Below are positions 9,707-16,883 of a stretch of 52,756 nt of DNA, piece after piece. The stretch lies in contig DAOVGF010000021.1 of NCBI GenBank assembly GCA_030672545.1, positions 1 through 52,756 on the forward strand, in the 5' to 3' direction. This DNA comes from Candidatus Aerophobota bacterium. GTDB lineage: Bacteria; Aerophobota; Aerophobia; Aerophobales; Aerophobaceae. A model generated the notes under the pieces. That model searched no databases and was not told the origin of the DNA. It was given only the letters and a program-made list of their open reading frames with translations. Position 1 is the first letter of the stretch. Every line of letters starts with the position of its first letter. The position numbers and the translations under genes were made by a program.

Positions 9707-10618
9707 ATGACCCGTCGACAATCCTACTGGAACTACCAATGGTACGAACCCACCCACCCTCGCCAGGTCAAGGGTGGAATTAAGGCCCGGTCTAAGCGGG
9801 GTGCTTTCGCCAGTAAATGGTGGGGTCGGCGCTGGATCCAGGTACTGGAAAGCTTCAATATTGGGGCTCGCCTCTCCAGAGGTCGTTCCTATGCCCGCCG
9901 AGGCCAGGTGGCGGATTTGAGTATCGAGAAGGGGGAGGTCCGGGCCCGGGTTCAGGGCTCTCGTTCCCAGCCCTACCGAGTAGTCATCAAACTTAAGACC
10001 CTGGCCAAGAAAGACTGGATTAGAGTGACAGCGAGTCTTACGGAGCGGCCAATCCTGGGGGCGCGGCTTTTGGCGGGCGAGATGCCGGAAGACATCGAAA
10101 CAGTATTCCAGAAGACTGGCCTTTCCCTCTTTCCCGGGAAGAGAGGTGATCTTGAAACAGATTGCTCCTGTCCGGACTGGTCCAACCCGTGCAAACACAT
10201 AGCCGCCGTGTATTATCTGCTGGCCGAGGCCTTTGACCAGGATCCCTTTTTGTTGTTGAAACTTCGTGGGATTACCCGAGAGCAGTTTATCTCCCTTCTA
10301 AGTGGAGTGGGGGGAACGGAGAAACAAAAGATAGATACCTCGGGCAAACCGGAGTGTTCTTCGTTTCCTCCCCAACCACTGCCGACTAATGGGGAGGCGT
10401 TCTGGAGGGGAGGTGAATCAGTAGTGTTTGACGCCGGACCGGTGGAGAAGTCTACTCTCACTGCCGTTCTTCCGAGAAGACTGGGGGCTTTCCCGTTCTG
10501 GCGCGGCCGGGAGGATTTTCTGGAGGTCATAGCGGCCATCTATCAAAAGGCTACTCTCGTCGGTGAAGCTGTCTGGGAAGGAGAATGCGGCCCGGCGAAG
10601 CCTGAGAGCAAGAGCTAA
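9707..10618 (+). CDS. SWIM zinc-finger protein
   Basis: CSCPDWSNPCKH matches the CxCxnCxH SWIM signature. The ATG lies one nt after the SNF2 stop (TGAgATG). Confidence 0.85.
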   Translation: MTRRQSYWNYQWYEPTHPRQVKGGIKARSKRGAFASKWWGRRWIQVLESFNIGARLSRGRSYARRGQVADLSIEKGEVRARVQGSRSQPYRVVIKLKTLAKKDWIRVTASLTERPILGARLLAGEMPEDIETVFQKTGLSLFPGKRGDLETDCSCPDWSNPCKHIAAVYYLLAEAFDQDPFLLLKLRGITREQFISLLSGVGGTEKQKIDTSGKPECSSFPPQPLPTNGEAFWRGGESVVFDAGPVEKSTLTAVLPRRLGAFPFWRGREDFLEVIAAIYQKATLVGEAVWEGECGPAKPESKS

Positions 10619-11913
10619 TCTGGAAAAAAATAGAGTTTATTCTGTAGTTTCCACAGGTTCATTAGAATACTTTCTTCAAATTCTACCTGACTTAGAGTAA
10701 GGTAATCACCTTTTTTCACCTCACTTTTCAGGACAGCCCCCTCCGCCAGACCCAGAGGTAAGAGGCTTTCCTGTCGGGAAACCGCGGCTCTTTCAATAGA
10801 TCCATAGATGTCAAACTTTCCTATACCATCAATTTTCTGCCCAACCTTCAAATCTCTTTTGGCCACAGTAATTACCTCGGCCACAGGTTTTCCCGAAGAG
10901 ACTATGGTTGGTTCCTGATAGATAACTGCTCGGGCTACCGAAAGAGGGACTTCTATACTGCAAAGATGATAAGGACGATAAAGAAGATAGTTGGGACCTT
11001 TTCCCATAGACATATATTTTAGGTCTCCTATTAGACGCTTATTATGGGTAGTTATCACCACAAAAACTCCCGGGGCTATTCGGCCAATGCCGTAGTCAAC
11101 TACTCCTGGTTGATTAAGAATCCCTCCTTTCTCCTTCAGGGCAAAAACAGAGGCAAGTTCTGAGGCATCGCACTTGGGACCATGCATTCCTCTCACATCC
11201 GGAATGAGACCGGTGGCGTTGGCCACGGCACACATCTCAATCATAGTTTTGCTGCCGTCCACAAATTCGCAGAGCATTCGGGGATTCACCCCTTGCTTTA
11301 AGGCAGTGCTTCGTAGACTATCCGGTGTTGCTTCCCGATCCAGGGGATTATTTTTCCCCTTTCCAGCCGCTACGATTTCAAATCCCAAAGCCCTGGCAAA
11401 ATCGTAAAGTTCCTTGATGACACCCGGCTCATCTCCTGCTCCTACCGTATAAACCACCCCAGCGCTCTGGGCCAGCTCAGAGAGAATGAGACCTACGGTA
11501 ACGTCGGTCTCCACATTCATCATAATAATATGTTTCTTCTTCCGTATTGCTTCTAGAGCCACTTCGGCTCCTACGCGGGGAGTCCCCGTAGCTTCAACTA
11601 TAACCTCAAGAGAAGTAAGGTGAGGAATAAGAGTAGCTTCTTCGCTTACCACCCGCATCCCCTTATTTAGGGCCTTATTACACTCCTCTGGATCATTTGA
11701 GCAAAAAATATCTTTTCGGGGAATTCCTATTTCCTCAAAAATATTTATGGCTCTTTCCCGGTCAAGGTCGGCCAGGGCTAAAACCTCCATGGCTTTCATC
11801 CGAGAGAGAACGCCGGCTACCCCCGCTCCCATTTGCCCTACTCCCACAATTCCTACCTGGATAGTCCGACCTTCTTTTTCTAACTGAGCTAATTTGTCAG
11901 GTAAATTCAGCAT
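10615..11913 (-). CDS. NAD(P)-binding dehydrogenase with C-terminal SAF domain (homoserine-dehydrogenase-like, COG4091-type)
   Basis: The Rossmann motif VGIVGVGQMGAG lies near the N-terminus. Length and C-terminal pattern fit SAF-domain oxidoreductases. Its stop codon overlaps the SWIM stop (CTAA). Confidence 0.65.
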   Translation of the reverse strand: MLNLPDKLAQLEKEGRTIQVGIVGVGQMGAGVAGVLSRMKAMEVLALADLDRERAINIFEEIGIPRKDIFCSNDPEECNKALNKGMRVVSEEATLIPHLTSLEVIVEATGTPRVGAEVALEAIRKKKHIIMMNVETDVTVGLILSELAQSAGVVYTVGAGDEPGVIKELYDFARALGFEIVAAGKGKNNPLDREATPDSLRSTALKQGVNPRMLCEFVDGSKTMIEMCAVANATGLIPDVRGMHGPKCDASELASVFALKEKGGILNQPGVVDYGIGRIAPGVFVVITTHNKRLIGDLKYMSMGKGPNYLLYRPYHLCSIEVPLSVARAVIYQEPTIVSSGKPVAEVITVAKRDLKVGQKIDGIGKFDIYGSIERAAVSRQESLLPLGLAEGAVLKSEVKKGDYLTLSQVEFEESILMNLWKLQNKLYFFPD

Positions 11914-11979
11914 TTGTAATTCTCCTTGAGAGTGAATTTAATTATGAACAAATTACTATCTATGGCTTGAGAACTACCT

Positions 11980-12195
11980 TCAGAGCCTCACCTCTCTAAC
12001 TATCCTGGCAATAACCTGCTGAATTTTTCTCCAGACAACATCAGCATCTTGCTCCGCCCAATGAGGATGAAGGCTGATGACCGGGTACTCCTCTCTTGCA
12101 AGAGCAAGTAACTCTCCCGGAGAATTGAAAAGGGCGGCTTTACACACTGTGGTTCCCAGATCAAGACTTAGAAAGGATACGGAATTTCCTCCCCA
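11980..12195 (-). pseudogene. Truncated N-terminal fragment of a second FGGY carbohydrate kinase
   Basis: A hand-verified translation in frame right after the upstream stop reads WGGNSVSFLSLDLGTTVCKAALFNSPGELLALAREEYPVISLHPHWAEQDADVVWRKIQQVIARIVREVRL*. It contains the FGGY DLGTT phosphate-1 motif and the WAEQD motif. A GGGGAGGA RBS is followed by GTA where a start codon is expected, so no start codon is present. Confidence 0.6.
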
Positions 12196-13710
12196 TCAAC
12201 TGCCTACGAGGCGATAACGTTCCCGAAAATCATCCTTAAGATGCTCATAAAGCCTTTTATACAGTTGAAAATAATTGCCGTAGAGCTGGTAGGCTTCCTG
12301 GTCCGGCTCGTTTTCACCCTTTACTGATAGCCAGTTCTTTACTTCCTCACCACTATGGATAAGCTTTGCTCCCATAGCGGCTAATACGGCATTCCCCAGA
12401 GGCGCTCCCTCTGATTCAGTGTAAGAAAGATGCATACCGGTAATATCTGCCAAAATTTGTCGCCAGATGGGGCTTCTACCCCCGCCATTAACGAGAGTTG
12501 CTTTTTTTACCTTAACTCCGTGACCAGCTATGATCTCTAACATATGCCGGTAGCGATAGCCAATAGATTCCAGCACCGCCCGGTAAAGATGTCCTCTATG
12601 GTGATTTAGGGTTAGGCCAAAGAAAACCCCTCGGGACAGCCGGTCCCAGTTAATGGTAAGCTCTCCGGCGAGAAATGGAAGAAACAGCAGTCCCTCCGCT
12701 CCCCGGGAGATACGGGAGGCTTCCAAATCCAACTGCGGGTAGGAAATATCAAATTGGTGTCCTGGTCCAGTTAGAACTTGCCGCAACCACTGAAGTGAGC
12801 CACCAGCATAAGAAGTAGCAAAGCTTATATATCGGTTGGGCAAGGCGTGAGAAGAGTTAATGAGACGGGGATCGAAGTTCGGCTCATCCATCGGTATAAG
12901 CAAATTTCCAGCCGTTCCCAGCATTACGCAGGCTTCTCCTTGAAGGTAAACCCCCGCTCCCAGGGTTGAGGAAGCAAAATCCCCACAACCAGTAACCACC
13001 GAGACTCTCTGGTCAAGGCCGGTTTCCTCGGCTGCCTTTTTGCTTATCCGGCCAACTACCTCATGCGAAGGTCTCAGGTCGGCCAGCATCTCCAGAGGAA
13101 TTCCCATTTTCTCGCTCATAGCGGGAGACCAACATTTTCTCCGGTAATCATAGAAGGGTACAGACAGATTACCGCAGGTGAAATCAGTCACCACTTTTCC
13201 GCAAAGTTTTAGGACAATGTAACTGTGGGCTTGGAGTAACTTCCAGGTTCTCCTGAAGGTATCCGGCTCGTGATGCTTTATCCACAGTACCTTGGGACCC
13301 CAATAGTAGTGATCGATCCGGTTGCCGGAAATCCGGAAACAAGCATCCGTCCCGATGTGCTCCTCCATCCAGGCACATTCTTGATCGGTCCGCCGGTCAC
13401 GCCAAATAATAGCTTTACGGAGGGGATTCCCCTGGTGATCTACCGGAAGACAGCAGGGTAGAAGACTACTCACTGATATGGCCGCAATATCCCCACCGGA
13501 CACTTTGGCTTTAGTAAGAGACTGCTGGATTATGTAACAGACTGCCTGCCACCAGTCCTCTCCATCGACCTCATCCCAGGAAGGATAGGGAGAGTGAATG
13601 GTATAGGGAAAAGAGGCCTTACCCAGGCATCTACCCCGAGGATCAAATACTCCGCCTTTCGCCTGAGAAGTCCCAATATCGATTCCCATTACCAGTTCGC
13701 GTCGACCCAT
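12196..13710 (-). CDS. FGGY-family carbohydrate kinase (xylulokinase/ribulokinase-like)
   Basis: GIDIGTSQAKG is at the N-terminus and NGGGRSPIWRQILADITG near the C-terminus. The 504-aa length is typical of FGGY kinases. Confidence 0.85.
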   Translation of the reverse strand: MGRRELVMGIDIGTSQAKGGVFDPRGRCLGKASFPYTIHSPYPSWDEVDGEDWWQAVCYIIQQSLTKAKVSGGDIAAISVSSLLPCCLPVDHQGNPLRKAIIWRDRRTDQECAWMEEHIGTDACFRISGNRIDHYYWGPKVLWIKHHEPDTFRRTWKLLQAHSYIVLKLCGKVVTDFTCGNLSVPFYDYRRKCWSPAMSEKMGIPLEMLADLRPSHEVVGRISKKAAEETGLDQRVSVVTGCGDFASSTLGAGVYLQGEACVMLGTAGNLLIPMDEPNFDPRLINSSHALPNRYISFATSYAGGSLQWLRQVLTGPGHQFDISYPQLDLEASRISRGAEGLLFLPFLAGELTINWDRLSRGVFFGLTLNHHRGHLYRAVLESIGYRYRHMLEIIAGHGVKVKKATLVNGGGRSPIWRQILADITGMHLSYTESEGAPLGNAVLAAMGAKLIHSGEEVKNWLSVKGENEPDQEAYQLYGNYFQLYKRLYEHLKDDFRERYRLVGS

Positions 13711-13721
13711 TACTTTTCCTG

Positions 13722-14810
13722 CTAACCTGATTTGTCTTTCTCACTTCTGAACCTGCGGTCTTCCCAGACCTCCGGATTGAGGAGAAATCGGGGTTGGCGA
13801 CCAGCCAGAAAATCTTCGATAGCCTCTCGGGCCAGAGGAGAAGCTATCCGATAACAATCATAACTGGCCCCGGCAATATGAGGAGTAAGCAGGACGTTAT
13901 CCAGATCCAGCAGGGGATAATCCGGAGGTAACGGCTCTTCTTCGAACACATCCAGAGCGGCACCGGCAATCTTCTTGTTCACCAATACCTCATTGAGAGC
14001 ATCGTAATCAACCACGGAAGCTCGGGCGGTATTAATGAAGTAAGCAGTGGGTTTCATTAGTGAGAAATAGTGTTTCCCCACCAGGCCACGAGTTTCGGGA
14101 CTGTCCTTGACGTGTACGGTCAGAAAATCCGATTCTCGGAAGAGAGTATCACCATCAACCAGCTTTACCCCATATTCTTTTCCCACTTCTGCTGAGACGT
14201 AAGGATCGTGGGCAATCATCGCTACCTTAAAACCCCGAGCTCGGCGGGCTACTTCCCGACCGATGGCCCCGAATCCGAGAATCCCCAGAGTCCGACCAGC
14301 CAATATGGGACCTTTGAAACGCAAGAAGGTAAAATTTCGAGGATCATTCATAATCCAGATATTATCACCTTTAGCAAAACCCTCTCGTTGGGGATTTTTC
14401 TCGGTCAGCTTTCGAGATTTAACCAGGCAGTGAGTTTCAGCAATATGTCGGACCAGGGCCACTATCACCCCCAGGGTAAAATCGGCTACCTGATCAGAGC
14501 CGCGACCAGGACAACAGGCCACGGGAATGCCTCTTTCGGTGACCGCTTCCAGGTTAATGTTGCGGCCGGCCCCCGCCCGTAGTGAGACTATTAGCTTCAG
14601 ATTGGGAGCGGCATCCAGTACCTTGGGCGTCACTTGATCAAATTCTACCACCAGAACATCAATGTTTTCCATCTCGACGGATAGTTCCTCCGGCTTAAGA
14701 ATCTTGGAACGCACATAAAGACCACGAACTCTTATCTCCTCAAAGTAAGACCTCAATATCTTGAGGTCTTCGGCCTCCAATCTACTGGTCAACAACAGTT
14801 TCATCTTCAA
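13722..14810 (-). CDS. D-isomer-specific 2-hydroxyacid dehydrogenase family protein
   Basis: GILGFGAIGREVARR is the NAD-binding motif and LTPHIAG is the catalytic His region. An insertion of about 40 aa is present in the substrate-binding domain. Confidence 0.85.
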   Translation of the reverse strand: MKMKLLLTSRLEAEDLKILRSYFEEIRVRGLYVRSKILKPEELSVEMENIDVLVVEFDQVTPKVLDAAPNLKLIVSLRAGAGRNINLEAVTERGIPVACCPGRGSDQVADFTLGVIVALVRHIAETHCLVKSRKLTEKNPQREGFAKGDNIWIMNDPRNFTFLRFKGPILAGRTLGILGFGAIGREVARRARGFKVAMIAHDPYVSAEVGKEYGVKLVDGDTLFRESDFLTVHVKDSPETRGLVGKHYFSLMKPTAYFINTARASVVDYDALNEVLVNKKIAGAALDVFEEEPLPPDYPLLDLDNVLLTPHIAGASYDCYRIASPLAREAIEDFLAGRQPRFLLNPEVWEDRRFRSEKDKSG

Positions 14811-15002
14811 AACCCCTTTAATTCTTTATCTGTCAAACCCAGCGTCCTAGCAGCCTGTTGAAAAACCCTCTTTTAGTATGAGTGATTCGAGCAGCAACTT
14901 TTGATTTTTCAGATGACACCGGGCCACTCAACCGATGGTCTGAGTATTTTGGAGAATATTACCCCGTACTTGTGGGGAATAACCTCGTTTGATAATGACT
15001 CT

Positions 15003-15032
15003 ATTATACCACAGATAAGGATTTATGTCCAA
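15003..15032 (-). promoter_or_regulatory. Candidate promoter for the 2-hydroxyacid DH/FGGY operon
   Basis: The minus strand reads TTGGAC, an 18-nt spacer, then TGgTATAAT (extended -10). It lies about 190 nt upstream of the ATG at 14810. Confidence 0.4.
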
Positions 15033-15209
15033 TTGAGACCCTCTTGAGAAAGAACAAAGTTAACCTAAGATGTCAGGAGACCATAGGAGGTTTTTCACCA
15101 GTCTTCTAGACCGGGTTCGGATATTACCATAGTAACTTTCTCGGCCATGCTGCTCAAAGTGATGGAGGCTGCCGAAATCCTCCACGTAAGTCTTTTAGGT
15201 CATAATTTC

Positions 15210-15238
15210 TTGACACAATGGGGAGGGGTATATAAAAT
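15210..15238 (+). promoter_or_regulatory. Candidate promoter for the RuBisCO-like protein gene
   Basis: TTGACA (15210-15215), a 17-nt spacer, then TAAAAT (15233-15238). It is divergent from the promoter at 15003-15032. Confidence 0.45.
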
Positions 15239-15279
15239 AGGCCAAGATTACGGGGAAATATGAAGCGGAGAGGGCAAAA

Positions 15280-15440
15280 GTAGCCGCAAGTTTTAACTTG
15301 CGCAAAGGAGCCATGGTAGCCGCAACCTTTAGGTTGCGCAAATAAACGCAGGCTAAAGCCTGCGGCTACCGGATCATAATAGAAGGGCTAAAGCCTACGG
15401 CTACCGGATCATAACCAAGGAGTTAAATCCTGCGCCTACC
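15280..15440. repeat. REP/REPIN-like cluster (locus b): two forward and three inverted REP units
   Basis: The forward units are GTAGCCGCAAGTTTTAACTTGCGCAAA and GGTAGCCGCAACCTTTAGGTTGCGCAAA. The inverted units are AAACGCAGGCTAAAGCCTGCGGCTACC, GGGCTAAAGCCTACGGCTACC and GGAGTTAAATCCTGCGCCTACC, separated by GGATCATAA spacers. Confidence 0.9.
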
Positions 15441-15498
15441 AATTGCCAGGAGACCAAAAAATTTTGATAACACTTACTAATGAGGGAGGATAATCCTA

Positions 15499-16788
15499 AT
15501 GGAAAAATATCGGGGAAGAGAAATTTTGGGAAGAGAACCCCGGGAAACCATTAACCTGGAATCCCGGCATAATCCGGAAGAATCTATTTCTTTGGTTTAC
15601 TATATTAAAACCCGGCAAGATCTGGTGAAAACAGCCAAAGAGATAGCCCGGGATGAGACTACCGGTAGTTGGATAGGTCAGAAGGCGGTAACTTCACTCT
15701 TTCGGAGGTCACAAGCCGACGTTTACAAGATTGAAAAGTATGGTCCTTCCGAAGGAGTTATTTACATCAGATCCCCCTTAAGTAACCTCAACCCGGAAGA
15801 GGGCCTTCTCTACCAGTTGATGATGTTAACTATTGGTGGGCCTGTTCTGGAATTTGTTTATTACGATGAGGTAGCTTTTCTTGACTTTGAACTTCCTTCG
15901 AAAATTCTCAGTTTTTTCCCCGGTCCTCAATTTGGTATTTCCGGAACTCGCAAATTACTGGGGCTTGGTCCTGAGGAACTCATTGTGGGGACGATTGTCA
16001 AACCCTGTGCTGGTCTCTCAGTTGAGGAAGTAGCGGAAAAATGCTATCAGGCAGCTCTGGGTGGGGTTAGATTTATCAAAGATGATGAGAAAATGCTGGG
16101 ACCGGAATATTGCCCTCAGGAGAAAAAAATTCGTTTGGTAACTGAAGCCCTGAAGAGAGCTTATGATAAAACAGGCCAAAATGTTCTTTACGCTCCCCAT
16201 CTAATAGCCAGTCCGGATAAAATGAGAGACTGGGCAAGAAAAGCTATTGATTGGGGAGTTACTGCCCTAATGTTTAATCCTCTAATAGCTGGAATGGGGT
16301 ATCTGGAAATGCTGGCCCGAGACAAAGAAATAAATGTTCCCCTTTATGCCCACAGCGGAGGAAGATCAGGTTGGTCAACCGGACCGCGTCGAGTTGATGA
16401 TGTGGTTCTGGCTAAGCTTTTACGTCTGGCTGGAGCGGATTACTTCCAAATTGGGGTTATGGGACAGGAAGAATGCCACATAGCTTCTCTCATACCCGAG
16501 CTCTTGTTGAGGCTCAAGGAGGTTTTCACCAATGATTGGGAAGGAATAGAAGATACCCTGCCGGTGGCGGCGGGAGGACTAAATGCCCGAAATTTGGTGG
16601 AAAATATCAAAGCCTTCGGAAGTAGTTTTATGGGGTTGGCCGGCTCCAGTATTCTAAAACACCCATTGGGAATAAAAGCAGGAGTAACGGCTATGAATCA
16701 GGCCGCTCAGGCTTTCAAGAAAGGGATTCCTCTGGAAGAATACGCTCAACAATGCCCTGAGCTAAAAACTGCTTTGCAAATGGAGTGA
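15499..16788 (+). CDS. RuBisCO large-subunit-like protein (form IV RLP), not a carboxylase
   Basis: ARDETTGSW, GTIVKPCAGL, FIKDDEK, LYAHSGG, PVAAGG and LAGSS align to RuBisCO signature blocks. K175, K201, D203, E204 and H294 equivalents are kept. K177->C, R295->S, H327->Q, S379->A and the GGG phosphate loop->GSS are substituted. Confidence 0.85.
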   Translation: MEKYRGREILGREPRETINLESRHNPEESISLVYYIKTRQDLVKTAKEIARDETTGSWIGQKAVTSLFRRSQADVYKIEKYGPSEGVIYIRSPLSNLNPEEGLLYQLMMLTIGGPVLEFVYYDEVAFLDFELPSKILSFFPGPQFGISGTRKLLGLGPEELIVGTIVKPCAGLSVEEVAEKCYQAALGGVRFIKDDEKMLGPEYCPQEKKIRLVTEALKRAYDKTGQNVLYAPHLIASPDKMRDWARKAIDWGVTALMFNPLIAGMGYLEMLARDKEINVPLYAHSGGRSGWSTGPRRVDDVVLAKLLRLAGADYFQIGVMGQEECHIASLIPELLLRLKEVFTNDWEGIEDTLPVAAGGLNARNLVENIKAFGSSFMGLAGSSILKHPLGIKAGVTAMNQAAQAFKKGIPLEEYAQQCPELKTALQME

Positions 16789-16874
16789 GATAGAGTGGTA
16801 GCCGCAGGCTTTAGCCTGCGTTTATTTGCGCAGCTTAAAAGCTGCGGCTACCTTTACGAAATCTAAACTATTAC
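16789..16874. repeat. REPIN-like doublet (locus c) plus 22-nt accessory module
   Basis: GATAGAGTGGTAGCCGCAGGCTTTAGCCTGCGTTTATTTGCGCAGCTTAAAAGCTGCGGCTACC is followed by TTTACGAAATCTAAACTATTAC. The element starts immediately after the RLP stop codon. Confidence 0.9.
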
Positions 16875-16883
16875 GAAAAATGT

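Noticed and set aside
6776-10539. Long antisense ORFs inside the SNF2 and SWIM genes (e.g. 6987..7310, 7702..8100, 9662..10198, 10213..10539)
   Set aside because: They are Pro/Arg/Gly-rich translations typical of the antisense strand of GC-rich coding DNA. They are fully nested in genes with clear family signatures.
15060-15190. A 41-codon minus-strand frame (VEDFGSLHHFEQHGRESYYGNIRTRSRRLVKNLLWSPDILG) as a gene remnant, possibly a transposase or toxin fragment
   Set aside because: It is too short, I could recall no recognisable family motif, and it has no RBS. I left it unannotated, and a blastx would settle it.
15280-15440. Whether the clustered repeats could be a small CRISPR array
   Set aside because: Units occur in both orientations and are themselves palindromic. 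Spacing is irregular (0-15 nt rather than spacers of about 30 nt), the same units are dispersed at six loci, and no cas genes are present.
15499-16788. Bona fide (form II/III) RuBisCO carboxylase
   Set aside because: Several residues essential for RuBP binding and carboxylation are substituted (K177, R295, H327, S379 and the GGG phosphate loop). No phosphoribulokinase or AMP-pathway genes are nearby.
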